A stretch of DNA of 64,000 bases from Eledone cirrhosa (Eukaryota): contig OZ024763.1 in NCBI GenBank assembly GCA_964016885.1, positions 12,338,001 to 12,402,000 on the forward strand, read 5' to 3'. This document shows positions 1 to 12,029 of this stretch, piece by piece (position 1 is the first letter of the stretch; the number at the start of each line of letters is the position of its first letter). The notes beneath the pieces were generated by a model. That model had not been told where the DNA came from. It did no database searches and was given only the letters and a program-made list of their open reading frames with translations. A program made the translations under genes and the position numbers.

Positions 1-67
1 CCGGGTGTCTGTGTGTGTTTATGTTCATTTATTTATTTGTTTATTTACATGTTACTTATTGGCAACA

Positions 68-135
68 TGACCCTCCCAAAGTATAACAATATCGGTTTCA
101 ACACACGATTTCAGATAAAGAATCTTGCTAAACAA
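68..135. repeat. Dispersed repeat family G (also about 6609-6680 and 45256-45322)
   Basis: Shared motif tgaccctcccaa..t.taacaa...gtttcaacac..ga.ttca seen three times. Confidence 0.65.
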
Positions 136-159
136 ATTCAGAAACGAAATATATATATA

Positions 160-331
160 TAGTTATGTAATAAACAACATAAGATAATTAATTCATTTAC
201 CAGTGGTTTCTTGAAGACAGATATATCTGTCTTCAGTCGTCATAACGAAAACGACTGAAGACAGATATATCTGCCTTCAAGAAACCACTGGTAAATGAAT
301 TAATTATCTTATGTTGTTTATTACATAACTA
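160..331. mobile_element. Fold-back insertion of HHR-bearing PLE-like family A
   Basis: Arms 160-240 and 251-331 with 1 mismatch and a 10-nt spacer. The minus arm reads tttcgtt-ATGACGA-c-tgaagacagat/atctgtcttca-a-GAAA-cc-act-gg-TA-aatgaat. Same family as 6751-6845. Confidence 0.8.
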
Positions 332-387
332 AAAAGCTCTGTAGCCTACATAGAGCACTCTCTTTTCCTTTGCCTTTCCTACGGAAA

Positions 388-835
388 TACTTCATTTATA
401 TATATTTGAATGTGTATGTATGTATATATGTGTGTATATATGCATATAAATATATATATTTGAATATATATGTATGTATGTATATGTATATATAAGCATA
501 TAAATATATATATATTTGAATATGTATGTATATGTATATATAAGCATATAAATATATATATATGAATATGTATGTATATGTATATATAAGCATATAAATA
601 TATATATTTGAATATGTATGTATATATGTATATATTTGAATATGTATGTATATGTACATATATGCATATAAATATATATATATGAATATGTGTATATATA
701 TGCGTGCGTGTGCATATACATATATATATATGTGTATATTTGTGTATGTATGTGTATATATATACGCACACACACATATATATCGATATAAATATATATA
801 TTTGCATATGTTTATGTACACAAGCACATACATAT

Positions 836-883
<48 letters not shown>

Positions 884-977
884 ATAAGACTGCACTATAA
901 TCCGCCTCCATTCCCACACCTGCGTACTTTGTATACATGTTTGTGTATGCATATATTATACACTCTACCCCTATCGT

Positions 978-1040
<63 letters not shown>
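388..1040. repeat. TA/TG compound microsatellite
   Basis: (TA)n with tatatttgaatatg and gcatataaa units. Confidence 0.9.
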
Positions 1041-1045
<5 letters not shown>

Positions 1046-1264
1046 GCCCTTTTTGTACCCTTTACGTAATCTAGCTTCCTTCTTAACCTCGCACACACAA
1101 ACACACAGCCCTTTGGTGAGACTTCCATTACCAGTGATGGAGGCGTGTAGTAGCTACCAACACTACACTACACCTCTAGTGCAGCATGGGAGCATACAGC
1201 ATCTATTGTCTGCATTTGTTATTCAACAATGCACAATTGGCGCATGTGGCTTCATCAGCGGGTC

Positions 1265-1358
<94 letters not shown>

Positions 1359-1360
<2 letters not shown>

Positions 1361-1638
1361 CAAAGGAATTGTGGTAAGGAACCAGATGGACCATAACGTA
1401 CCAGAGTACTCAATACTTAGGGTAGTAGAGTGGGAAATAGCAAAAAGTATGACCCCGACGGCAGAGCTCAAGCCGTTTCGACGGCTATTTCAGTCTATTT
1501 GAGTCCTGAAATAGCCGTCGAAACGGCTTGAGCTCTGCCGTCGGGGTCATACTTTTTGCTATTTCCCACTCTACTACCCTAAGTATTGAGTACTCTGGTA
1601 CGTTATGGTCCATCTGGTTCCTTACCACAATTCCTTTG

Positions 1639-1640
<2 letters not shown>
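1359..1640. mobile_element. Perfect fold-back of family B (HHR 3' half plus about 100-nt tail) inside (TA)n
   Basis: Identical 135-bp arms 1359-1493 and 1506-1640 with a 12-nt spacer. Each arm carries GAAA-cggc-ttgagctct-gccg-TC-ggggtca. Confidence 0.9.
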
Positions 1641-1676
<36 letters not shown>

Positions 1677-2171
1677 ACATCAAACAATTACAGGGGATAA
1701 TTTGTAAAGAGTCTACACACACAGTTATGGAGGTAACATATTGAAATTTAACGATAACCTTGAATATAGATACCTGGCAATAATGATTAATCTCCTTTGT
1801 ATATATTCCATTGAAGAAATATATCTCACCATTGTGTCCCCTCTTTCTCTCTCTTCATTCCCCCCCCCCTTTTTTTTCCTTTCTTTCTCTCACTCTCTCT
1901 CTCTCTCTCTCTATCTCGCTCTTTCTCTCTATATCTCTCTTTCTCTGCAATAAGTCAGTCGTGCTCCAACCTGCAGTTCAACCCTTTAGCAATTACACTA
2001 GCCATATCCGCCCGGAATTCTCTTACCTTCTTCTGTTCAAACCGGCCATAACTAGCTGGTCATACTGATGTTAAGGTATTGTTCTCAAAATCAATAATAA
2101 CATCATCAAAATCCTGTAGATTCGATATTATGTGAGGTAAAGCCTTTACTGAAAATATACAGTAGTAGAGT

Positions 2172-2353
2172 AATTGTTACTACGTTAGGCACAAGGCCAG
2201 CAATTACCCAGTGTATTACTGGTACTTTATTTTATCGACCCCGTGAGGATGAAAGGCAAAGTTAATCTCGGCGGGATTTGAACTCAGAATGGCAAGGGCC
2301 GTAACTGTATGCGTCAAAGCATGGCGTCCGACCCTCTACCGATACTGCTAATC
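2172..2353 (-). mobile_element. tRNA-derived SINE with Nin/Deu-like core
   Basis: Reverse complement has an A-box-like gcagtatcggtag, B box gagttcaaatccc and core gcctttcatcc..cggggtcgataaaataaagtaccag. Confidence 0.9.
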
Positions 2354-2617
2354 AACTAGAGTAATGTAAATGTTAAAGGGTTTCAGTGTGCCAATCATGT
2401 TGTGTGTCAGGAAAGGGTCCCTAGGACTCCACTAGCAGTTAAGTGCCCCTCCTCTTTACATGTCAATATATATATGTGTGTATATTTGTATAAATTGGTG
2501 GCTAACTCTGTACTGGGGTTTTCTCTGGTGAACCCTTCTAATTTCTACGGGGCTTGCAAATTTAGGGGATAGATAGTCCCTTTAAGAACTGTAAACAGTT
2601 TCTGTTGTTATCAGACA

Positions 2618-3594
2618 GGTGTGTGTGTATCTATGTATGGCTGTGTATGTATGTAGGTATCTGTATGTGTGTATGTAGGTATCTGTATGTGTGTATGTAT
2701 GTATGTGTGTATGTAGGTATATGTATGGCTGTGTATGTATGTAGGTATGTGTGTATGTAGGTATATGTATGGCTGTGTATGTATGTAGGTATCTGTATGT
2801 TTGTATGTGTGTATGTAGGTATATGTATGGCTGTGTATGTATGTAGGTATCTGTATGTGTGTATGTAGGTATATGTATGGCTGTGTATGTATGTAGGTAT
2901 CTGTATGTGTGTATGTATGTGTGTATGTATGTAGGTATCTGTATGTGTGTATGTAGGTATATGTATGTATGTGTGTATGTATGCATATATATGTAGGTAT
3001 ATATATATATGTAGGTGTGTATGTAGGTATATATATGTAGGTGTGTATGTAGGTATATATATGTATGTGTATGTTATGTATGTATGAGTGAATGGTTATA
3101 GGTAGGGGGCAGATGAGTGGATAGTTAGTTACATAGGTAGGCGGGTGGGTGGGTAGGTAGGTGAGCAGGTGGGTGGGTGGGTAGGTAGGTGGGTGGGTGG
3201 GTAAGTAGGCGGGTGGAGTCAATCGGGGTCACACACAAAGTGGTGGGGATTACTAGGTGGTAGAACAGCAGGGTGGAGGTAGAGTGAAATGGGGAAGGGG
3301 TGATGTTAAAGGAATGAGGGGGGGGGGGGGTAGGTGTGTGGACACTTGCACAATTATTTCACCTGTTGATAGAAAACTGGAACACTCTTTGTCCAGACTG
3401 GACGGATGTCCAACACACACACACACACATATATATAGACACACACACACACACACATATATATAGACACACACACACACATATATATAGACACACACAC
3501 ACACACATATATATATAGACACACACACACACACATATATAGACACACACACACACACATATATATAGACACACACACACACACATATATATAG

Positions 3595-3625
<31 letters not shown>

Positions 3626-3895
3626 GACACACACACACACATATATAGACACACACACACACACACATATATAGACACACACACACACACATATATATAG
3701 ACACACACACACACACATATATATAGACACACACACACACATATATATAGACACACACACACACACATATATATAGACACACACACACACACATATAGAC
3801 ACACACACACATATATAGACACACATATACATACATACACATATATAGACACATACACACTCACATACATACACATATAGACACATACACACAAA
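2618..3895. repeat. gtatgtaggtat and (CA)n-(TA)n-gac compound repeats
   Basis: Direct inspection; a G-rich gggt/aggt tract lies at about 3135-3215. Confidence 0.85.
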
Positions 3896-4355
3896 CACCC
3901 TCCGGTATAGTGTGTGTTGGATGGCGGGTAGCTACTACACCCCTCCACCCGACACACACACACATTACACCTTGGTGGAGGAGGTGGAGGGTACATTTCA
4001 GTCAAGTAACTTAAAAACGAAGGAGCTCTTCCGCCCCACTTCTCATCACGCTATCTATATCACGTGGTGGTGGTGTTTGGAGGTGGCGGTGGTATTTGGA
4101 GGCGGTGGCGGTGTTGGTGTTTGGAGGCGGTGCTGGTGGAGGTGTTGGTGGTGGTGGGGTAGACGATTATGGTTATTGTATATGCTTGAATGTCCGTTGT
4201 AATGAGAAGTATCGCCGTGTCACCCACACCACCCCCAGTGTTTACCTCAATAACCGCACCCTTATCACTGACTACACCACAACACGACCACCCCATCTAC
4301 CAACACCGCTACACTGCCATATACACCACCATTGCATATGTAATAAATATATATC

Positions 4356-4392
<37 letters not shown>

Positions 4393-4463
4393 TAATGATA
4401 TGTTTTTAACATAGACCAATGTTTACAAGCCCGTACAACGCATGTTTCGAAATTAGTGTGTTG

Positions 4464-4525
4464 ACGTGCTTGACGAGATACTAGCGGAGTGTTGGCACTC
4501 ATGTTTCGAAACATATGTAGTATGT
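4464..4525 (+). ncRNA. Type I hammerhead-like motif (family H, C3->U variant)
   Basis: acgtgc-TTGACGA-[ga..gagtg ttgg cactc..tc]-GAAA-catatg-TA-gtatgt. Stem I is 6 bp with G-U pairs and stem III is palindromic. It lies in an inverted repeat, 4409-4452 versus 4504-4547. Confidence 0.7.
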
Positions 4526-4928
4526 ACTTGTAAACATTGGCTTATGTCCCTCTCTATGTGTGTGATGTCATCCAGTGTTCAGCTATCTGAAGAAGAATCA
4601 GTAGTAGGCAGAGGAAACATACATAATGATAGGCCCCCTACTAATCAGCCCTAATAAACAGTATATATATAAAAAAAAATGTACGAGTAAAGTTTATTTG
4701 CAACCAGCATTATGTAGACTTATATTGTATTGAAACATATGTTAAGGATCGAACTTTTGATTAAATTTTTCATTAATTCACGTGTAGTATTTGTTTTTCC
4801 TATACATTTATATATATATATATATATTATAAAATAAAATGACAAGAGACCAGAGAGGTTGGTTAACATTGCAGAATAACCAATTCTACCCAGTGGTTAA
4901 CTACCAAATTTAAATGTATATATCTCTA

Positions 4929-4977
<49 letters not shown>

Positions 4978-5009
4978 AAAATAACAGATTAAAGTTTAAG
5001 CAAAGAATC

Positions 5010-5038
5010 GCTGCTTTCACCCTTAACGGGGTCTTCTG
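5010..5038 (-). ncRNA. Degenerate hammerhead-like motif
   Basis: Minus strand CAGAAGA-ccccgttaagggt-GAAA-gcagc-GA; core and cleavage triplet are mutated. Confidence 0.35.
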
Positions 5039-5142
5039 AAACTAACAAAGTCTACAGTTCTTATATATCTGATATATATTTATCCTTATCGAGCCCTCTT
5101 TGGATTTTAGTCTTCAAATTTATTATTATTATTATTATATAT

Positions 5143-5328
5143 ATAGGAAAAGAGTCAGGACCCCGACGGCTGAGCTCCGGTCGTTTCGACAGGTCCGTAC
5201 TGTTCGGATCTAGCTGTCGAAACGGCCGGAGCTCAGCCGTCGGGGTCCTGACTCTTTTCCTATTACCCACTCTACTATCCTAAGTATCGAGTACTCTGGT
5301 GCGTTATGGTCCACCTGGCATCTTTCTT

Positions 5329-5329
<1 letters not shown>
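5143..5329. mobile_element. Family B fold-back (variant subfamily)
   Basis: Short arm 5143-5192 is inverted against 5214-5263. The spacer gtccgtactgttcggatctag is itself a hairpin. Flanked by (TA)n. Confidence 0.85.
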
Positions 5330-5395
<66 letters not shown>

Positions 5396-5397
<2 letters not shown>

Positions 5398-5564
5398 CGA
5401 AGGAAATGTGGTAAGGAACCAGGTGGACCATAACGCACCAAAGTACTCAATACTTAGGGTAGTAGAGTGGGTAATAGGAACGAGTAGGACCCCGACGGCT
5501 GAGCTCAAGCCGTTTCGACGGCTAATTCTGGATTCCAGCTCAGCCGTCGGGGTCCTACTCGTTC
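5396..5564. mobile_element. Family B fold-back with short right arm
   Basis: Full minus-orientation arm followed by agctcagccgtcggggtcctactcgttc; flanked by (TA)n. Confidence 0.85.
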
Positions 5565-5727
5565 TTATATATATATATATAGTACATTATATAGAGGGGA
5601 AAGACACAGAAGAGTGTGTTTTTCATTACAGGATTATACGCGAGTCCTTATGGCTGGTCACAGCACAACGTGCTGTGACCAGCGGTGCCGAATGGCGCCC
5701 GACAGTCTGGTCGGTCAAGGTGATCAA

Positions 5728-5877
5728 GGTGATATATAGGTATATATAAAGCTGCAGGTGATATATAGGTATATATAAAGCTGCAGGTGATATATAGGTA
5801 TATATAAAGCTGCAGGTGATATATAGGTATATATAAAGCTGCAGGTGATATATAGGTATATATAAAGCTGCAGGTAA
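5728..5877. repeat. 29-bp minisatellite, about 5 copies
   Basis: gtgatatataggtatatataaagctgcag repeated. Confidence 0.95.
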
Positions 5878-6180
5878 TAATAGTTTTATGATATAGAAAC
5901 TACGTAATATGTCGGTCTTCTCCATTTAGTGGTTGGTGTAGTCTATGGTAGGTTGAGTGGCAGTTATGAGAGTAGGTCAGGGGCTGGTTGAGTGAGAGTT
6001 ATGAGTGCAAGTCCGGGGGGGGGGGAGAGTTATGAGTGCTTGTCAGGGGTTGGTTGAGGGGGAGTTATGAGTGCAGGTCAGCTGTTGGTTGAATGAGAGT
6101 TATGAATACAAGTCACAGACACACGGGCGTGTGTGTGTGTATATATATATGTGTATATATATATATATATATATGTATAT

Positions 6181-6430
6181 ATCATCATCATCATCACTCG
6201 TCGACTACTGTCGAGATGATGGATCTCACTCTCATGCCCCAGAATCCCCTGTCCCCCATCGCTGCCCCCAGGCCCTGTCTGCTGATTCCCGCATCCCTAG
6301 AGATAACGTCAGGGAATGACAGCTTCCTACTCCTAGTCAGGCTGGAGTCAGGGTTCCAGAGCAAGAGAGCGGATATGATTTCATTGCTGGCACGGTGACA
6401 GTGGCCAGCAGATTGAGCTCTCCCGGATTT
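6181..6430 (-). mobile_element. RTE-clade LINE 3' fragment
   Basis: AGHCHRAS...LLLWNP...RKLSFPDVISRD...AMGDRGFW matches RTE ORF C-terminal motifs (GH, W-P, DR--W), followed by a (TGA)n tail. Confidence 0.8.
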
Positions 6431-6690
6431 ATATATATACATATATATATATATACATATACATACAGACACACACAGCACGCATACAAATAAAGATGGC
6501 AAAAGAAATAAATATAATTAAAAACATATTAGGAGACGCAGTGAGGAAAGAGCTTTGACAGTGATTAATAATAAAGCTGAAGTGAATTTCACTGGTGCGT
6601 GTGTATTTATGACCCTCCCAAAATGTAACAATGTCTGTTTCAACACCCGACTTCACTTAAAGGATTCTATGAAACATACAAATGAAGCAC

Positions 6691-6746
<56 letters not shown>

Positions 6747-6750
6747 CAGG

Positions 6751-6818
6751 ATTTTTTCATTCTGATGACTGAAAGCAAATTTGTTTGCTTTCAAGAAACC
6801 ACTGGTAAATGAAATAAT
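6751..6818 (+). ncRNA. Type I minimal hammerhead ribozyme (family A), intact core
   Basis: tttcatt-CTGATGA-c-tgaaagcaaa/tttgctttca-a-GAAA-cc-act-gg-TA-aatgaaa. Stem I 7 bp, stem II 10 bp, stem III 3 bp; predicted GUA cleavage after 6807. Confidence 0.85.
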
Positions 6819-6843
6819 TATCTTATGTTGTTTATTACATAAC

Positions 6844-6889
<46 letters not shown>

Positions 6890-6927
6890 CACGTGTGTGT
6901 GTGTGTGTATATGTGCATGTGTATGTA

Positions 6928-6960
<33 letters not shown>

Positions 6961-7228
6961 AAAATCCGGTGGTATTTAAAACATTAACTGAATGAGCACT
7001 CAATCCTTGTAGGTTGAGTGTAGAAATGTCTTTTCTCTGTAGAACATTGTCAGTGACTTCGAAGTTTCAGCTTGGTCTCTGATGTTATGTATCATCTATT
7101 GTTGTTTGTGTTTGAGGGCAGGGACGTGTGTGGCTTGGCTGTTGTTTCTAGCAGGTCAAGTGACGGATTCCCTCTCACTCTCTCTACTGTCAGGTCTGTG
7201 TCTGTGTGTTTGCTCCCAGCTGGCCTCA

Positions 7229-7244
7229 CTCTCTCACACACGCA

Positions 7245-7294
<50 letters not shown>

Positions 7295-7556
7295 GCACCT
7301 CCCTCTCTCTCTCTCTCTCTCTCACACCTCCCTCTCTCTACCTCTATCTCTCTCTCACACGCTCCTCCCTCTCTCTCTCTCACACGTTCCTCCCTCTCTC
7401 TCTCTCTCACACACGCTCCTCCCGCCCTCTCTCTCACACGCTCCCCCCTCTCTCTCTCCCTCACACGCTCCTCTCTCTCTCTACCTCTCTCTACCTCTCT
7501 CTCACACACACACACACACCTCTCTCTCTCTACCTCTATCTCTCCCTCTCTAGCTC

Positions 7557-7591
<35 letters not shown>

Positions 7592-7792
7592 TTCCTCTCT
7601 CTCTGCATCTCTCACACACCTCTCTCACTTTCTCTCTCTTCCTCCCCCACACACACCCCACTCTGCCTCTCATACATACTCTTTCTCCTTCTCTCTCTAC
7701 CCCACATTACCTCTCTCCTTTATCTCACTTTCTCTCTCTCACTATATATATATATATACATACATACATATATATATATGTATGTATGTATA

Positions 7793-7837
<45 letters not shown>

Positions 7838-7838
7838 A

Positions 7839-7875
<37 letters not shown>

Positions 7876-7945
7876 ATATGTATGTATGTGTATATATATA
7901 TATATATGAAAGTGTGTATATATATATATATGAAAGTATGTATGT
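7229..7945. repeat. (CT)n/(CA)n then (TA)n compound microsatellite
   Basis: Direct inspection. Confidence 0.9.
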
Positions 7946-7950
7946 GTCTC

Positions 7951-8430
7951 ATGGTCGGGTCGTTGGCGACTAAACTGGCAACCCCACCAAGGTTTCTTGG
8001 TGAGGAGGGTGACTTTGGACATCCTGCAGGACTAAAAACAAAACCTGTCAAAGGGCAAAGAAGCTCTTAAGAGTCAATGGCCATCCAAAATCACCGGGAG
8101 AGATGACCCCTTAGCCTTTGTCAAGGCAGAATTCTAGAAGAAGGAAAACTCTGATATAACACCAGCAACCCTGATGGTATCCAATGATGTTGACTTGTTC
8201 TTCTTTTTGGTAAATATCATCTTGGTTAAGAGAGTGGGACTGGCTTTGTGCAGTGCCTTTGCTCACTATAAAAGCTTCACGACACAGGCATTACTTTATA
8301 TCTGGAGATCTCTCTGCACTTGTCATCACAGGGTACCATGGGCCCAGCACTATGTGTCAATAATTGTCACAAGTGTAGTGTTTGTACCAGAGTTTTCAAG
8401 TCGCTGGCTGGACTAAACAGTCACACTCGT
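7951..8430 (+). mobile_element. Non-autonomous RTE-like element (copy 1)
   Basis: Near-identical to 48525-48991. Contains an RTE 5'UTR-like agaaggaaaactctgatataa and a 3' remnant encoding HKCSVCTRVFKSLAGLNSHTR (LINE C-terminal zinc finger). Confidence 0.7.
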
Positions 8431-8621
8431 TCTTTCACTTCAATTTATTATAATAAATTTATAAATTTCCGGTTGGCTGGTTGGTTGGTTGGTTCCACAA
8501 CCAGATGATTGTTTATATATTGTCAAAGTTCTTTCGTCACACATTCTGTGACTGGGGGTTCTTTTCTTTCTTTTTGTGCCCCTCCTTTGTTCTGTCCTAC
8601 GCCATCTTGTTTGTCAACACA

Positions 8622-8863
8622 ATCTGGTTCCTTACCACAACTCCTTCGTTATATATATTATATATATATAACGAAGGAGTTGTGGTAAGGAACCAGATGG
8701 ATCATAACGCACCAGAGTACTCAATACTTAGGGTAGTAGAGTTTGTAATAGGAAAAAGTATAACCCCGACGGCAGAGCTCAACCCGTTTCGACGGCTATT
8801 TCTGGACCAGAAATAGCCGTCGAAACGGCTTGATCTCTGCCGTCGCGGTCATACTTTTTCCTA
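8622..8863. mobile_element. Family B fold-back plus an extra inverted tail fragment
   Basis: Tail 8622-8650 faces the arm starting 8670 across (TA)n. The palindrome centre is tctgg-a-ccaga at 8806. Confidence 0.85.
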
Positions 8864-8948
8864 TATATATATATATATGTATATATACACACACACACTT
8901 TCAGAGCGGGACATTTACGTAGATATATATATATATATATATGTAGAC

Positions 8949-9011
<63 letters not shown>

Positions 9012-9016
9012 TATAT

Positions 9017-9093
9017 AGAAAGGATAAAAAGGACGATTGATTATTCCTTGCATTTATTGATAGGTGACGCGCGTTTCGCCACTGATCAGCTCA
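9017..9093 (-). mobile_element. 5'-truncated PLE-like end with HHR 3' half
   Basis: Minus strand ..TGA-gctgatcagtggc-GAAA-cgcgcg-TC-acctatc-AATAAA; the core is cut off by (TA)n. Confidence 0.6.
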
Positions 9094-9103
9094 ATATATA
9101 TAT

Positions 9104-9327
<224 letters not shown>

Positions 9328-9559
9328 TACAGAGGAAGACGTTTACATAGATACATATGTATGTAGACACACACACATACACACACACATATGTGTGTAT
9401 GTGTAGAGACGTGAAAGGGTTTACAGCTGATTATTAGCTTAAGAAACAGATGTTTGGTACTCCTGTATATATATACATATATGTATATATGTATATATAT
9501 ATATATATGTATATATATATGTGTGTATATGTATATATATATATATGTGTATATGTATA

Positions 9560-9599
<40 letters not shown>

Positions 9600-9871
9600 T
9601 ATACATATATATAGCCCACTGAACAATGTGGGATAAATATAAACCAAATTCACAGTCCCCCTTCACTCTTCCCCCTCTCTTTTCCCTTTATATATATCTC
9701 TCTCTCTACTACCTTTACTACACCACCACCACTACCCCCTATACCACTATATCTACCAGTGTGTGTATGTGTGTGGCCGTATTAGCTGGCTGCATATACC
9801 GTAGATATGGATAGGGATGCGGAGATATATGGTATAGTATGGCTGTGATAAGGGTAGGGGTAGATGGGTTC

Positions 9872-9903
<32 letters not shown>

Positions 9904-10104
9904 TGGTGGAAGGAGATGTGTAAACTATATATAGAGAGAGTGAGAGGGGAGCGAGGCGCAGTAGTAGGATATAAGTGAAATGGCTGTTGTTTGGTAAAGT
10001 TCCGTCGTCACTTTGTATATTAAAGAGGCATAGATTATCTGACAAGGTGGCGGGGTGTTGGAGTGGGAGTAGCAAGAGGGAGGGGGACTAGATAGCTACA
10101 TAAG

Positions 10105-10748
10105 ATGGGGAGAGAGGCCATCAGAGTTGATAGATACATAAGATAGAGAGAGGGGAGAGAGGCCATCAGCGTTGATAGATACATAAGATAGAGAGAGGGG
10201 AGAGAGGCCATCAGAGTTGATAGATACATAAGATAGAGAGAGGGGAGAGACACAGGCCATCAGCGTTGATAGATACATAAGATAGAGAGAGGGGAGAGAG
10301 AGACAGGCCATCAGCGTTGATAGATACATAAGATAGAGAGAGGGGAGAGATAGAGGCCATCAGCGTTGATAGATACATAAGAGAGAGAGAGAGAGAGGAT
10401 ATCAGAGTTGATAGATACATAAGATAGAGAGAGGGGAGAGAGAGAGGCCATCAGCGTTGATAGATACATAAGATAGAGAGAGAGGAGAGAGAGAGCTATC
10501 AGCGTTGATAGATACATAAGATAGAAAAAGTGGGAGGTCGTCACCTCGATATATACATAATATATAGAGAGGGGGAGGCCGTCAGCTTGATCTATACATA
10601 ATATATAGAGGGGGGGGGGCGTCAGCTTGATCTATACATAATATATAGAGAGGGGCAGGCCGTCAGCTTGATATATACATAAGATAGAGAGAGTGGGAGG
10701 TCGTCAACTCGATATATACATAAGATAAAGAGAGTGGGAGGCCGTCAG
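10105..10748. repeat. About 45-bp minisatellite
   Basis: ggccatcagcgttgatagatacataagata(ga)nggg units. Confidence 0.9.
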
Positions 10749-10861
10749 TGCGCAAAAGAAGGCAAGCAGGGGGAGACAACTTGTAATGTAGCAGTTTGTA
10801 CGTGATGGCTGTTAGCGGGTGGTAGTTTGAGGTAGTTGGAGTGACAGAGAGGGAGAGATTT

Positions 10862-11876
10862 GTGTGTGTGTGTGCCGTAACTGGTGAGGTGTATGTGTGT
10901 GTGTGTGTGTCGTAAATGTGGTGATGAGGTGTGTGTGTGTGTGTGTGTGTGCCGTAACTGGTGAGGTGTGTGTGTGTGTGTGTGCCGTAACTGGTGAGGT
11001 GTATGTGTGTGTGTGTGCTGTAACTGTGGTGATGAGGTGTGTGTGTGTGTGCCGTAACTGTGGTGATGAGGTGTGTGTGTGCCGTAACTGTGGTGATGAG
11101 GTGTGTGTGTGTGTGCCGTAACTGTGGTGATGAGGTGTGTGTGTGTGTGTGCCGTAACTGTGGTGATGAGGTGTGTGTGTGTGTGTGCCGTAACTGTGGT
11201 GATGAGGTGTGTGTGCCGTAACTGTGGTGATGAGGTGTATGTGTGTGTGTGCCGTAACTGTGGTGAGGTGTGTGTGTGTGTGCCGTAATTGTGGTGAGGT
11301 GTGTGTGTGTGTGTGTGCCGTAACTGTGGTGAGAAGGTGTGTGTGTGTGTGCCGTAACTGTGGTGAGGTGTGTGTGTGTGTGTGCCGTAACTGTGGTGAG
11401 AAGGTGTGTGTGTGTGTGTGTGCTGTAACTGTGGTGAGGTGTCTGTGTGCCGTAACTGGTGAGGTGTGTGTGTGTGTGTGTGTGTGCCGTAACTGGTGAG
11501 GTGTGTGTGTGTGTGTGTGTGTGCCGTAACTGTGGTGAGAAGGTGTGTGTGTGTGTGTGCCGTAACTGGTGAGGTGTGTGTGTGTGTGCCGTAACTGGTG
11601 AGGTGTGTGTGTGTGTGTGCCGTAACTGTGGTGAGAAGGTGTGTGTGTGTGTGTGCCGTAACTGTGGTGAGAAGGTGTGTGTGTGTGTGTCGTAACTGGT
11701 GATGAGGTATGTGTGTGTGTGTGTGTGTGCCGTAACTGTGGTGAGGTGTGTGTGTGTGTGCCGTAACTGTGGTGAGAAGGAGTGTGTGTATGTGTGCCGT
11801 AACTGTGGTGAGGTGTGTGTGTGTGTGTGTGTGCCGTAACTGTGGTGAGAAGGAGTGTGTGTGTGTGTGCCGTAAT
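10862..11876. repeat. (GT)n-gccgtaactgtggtgag minisatellite
   Basis: About 30 units with a variable GT tract. Confidence 0.95.
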
Positions 11877-12029
11877 TATATATATATATATAGGGTGATA
11901 GTATGAGGTTGACGGCAATACTCTATCACTGTTATTAATGATGATGATGATGGTTTAGTTGGCCAGTCAGTTGCACAGTGGTAGCAGGTCGCCTACTCCT
12001 TCTCCCCCTCCTCCTCCTTTCTTGCTGTC

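Noticed and set aside
1359-1640. Family B as a DNA-transposon MITE with TA target duplication
   Set aside because: Arm lengths and centres vary between copies, a non-inverted copy exists (47924-48113), and the arms carry HHR halves.
2020-2070. Possible minus-strand micro-exon ending AG|GTAAGA
   Set aside because: The acceptor is weak, the peptide is unrecognisable and there are no partner exons.
4583-4632. CTGAAGA...GAAAcat as a hammerhead
   Set aside because: There is no stem II and the NUH triplet is missing.
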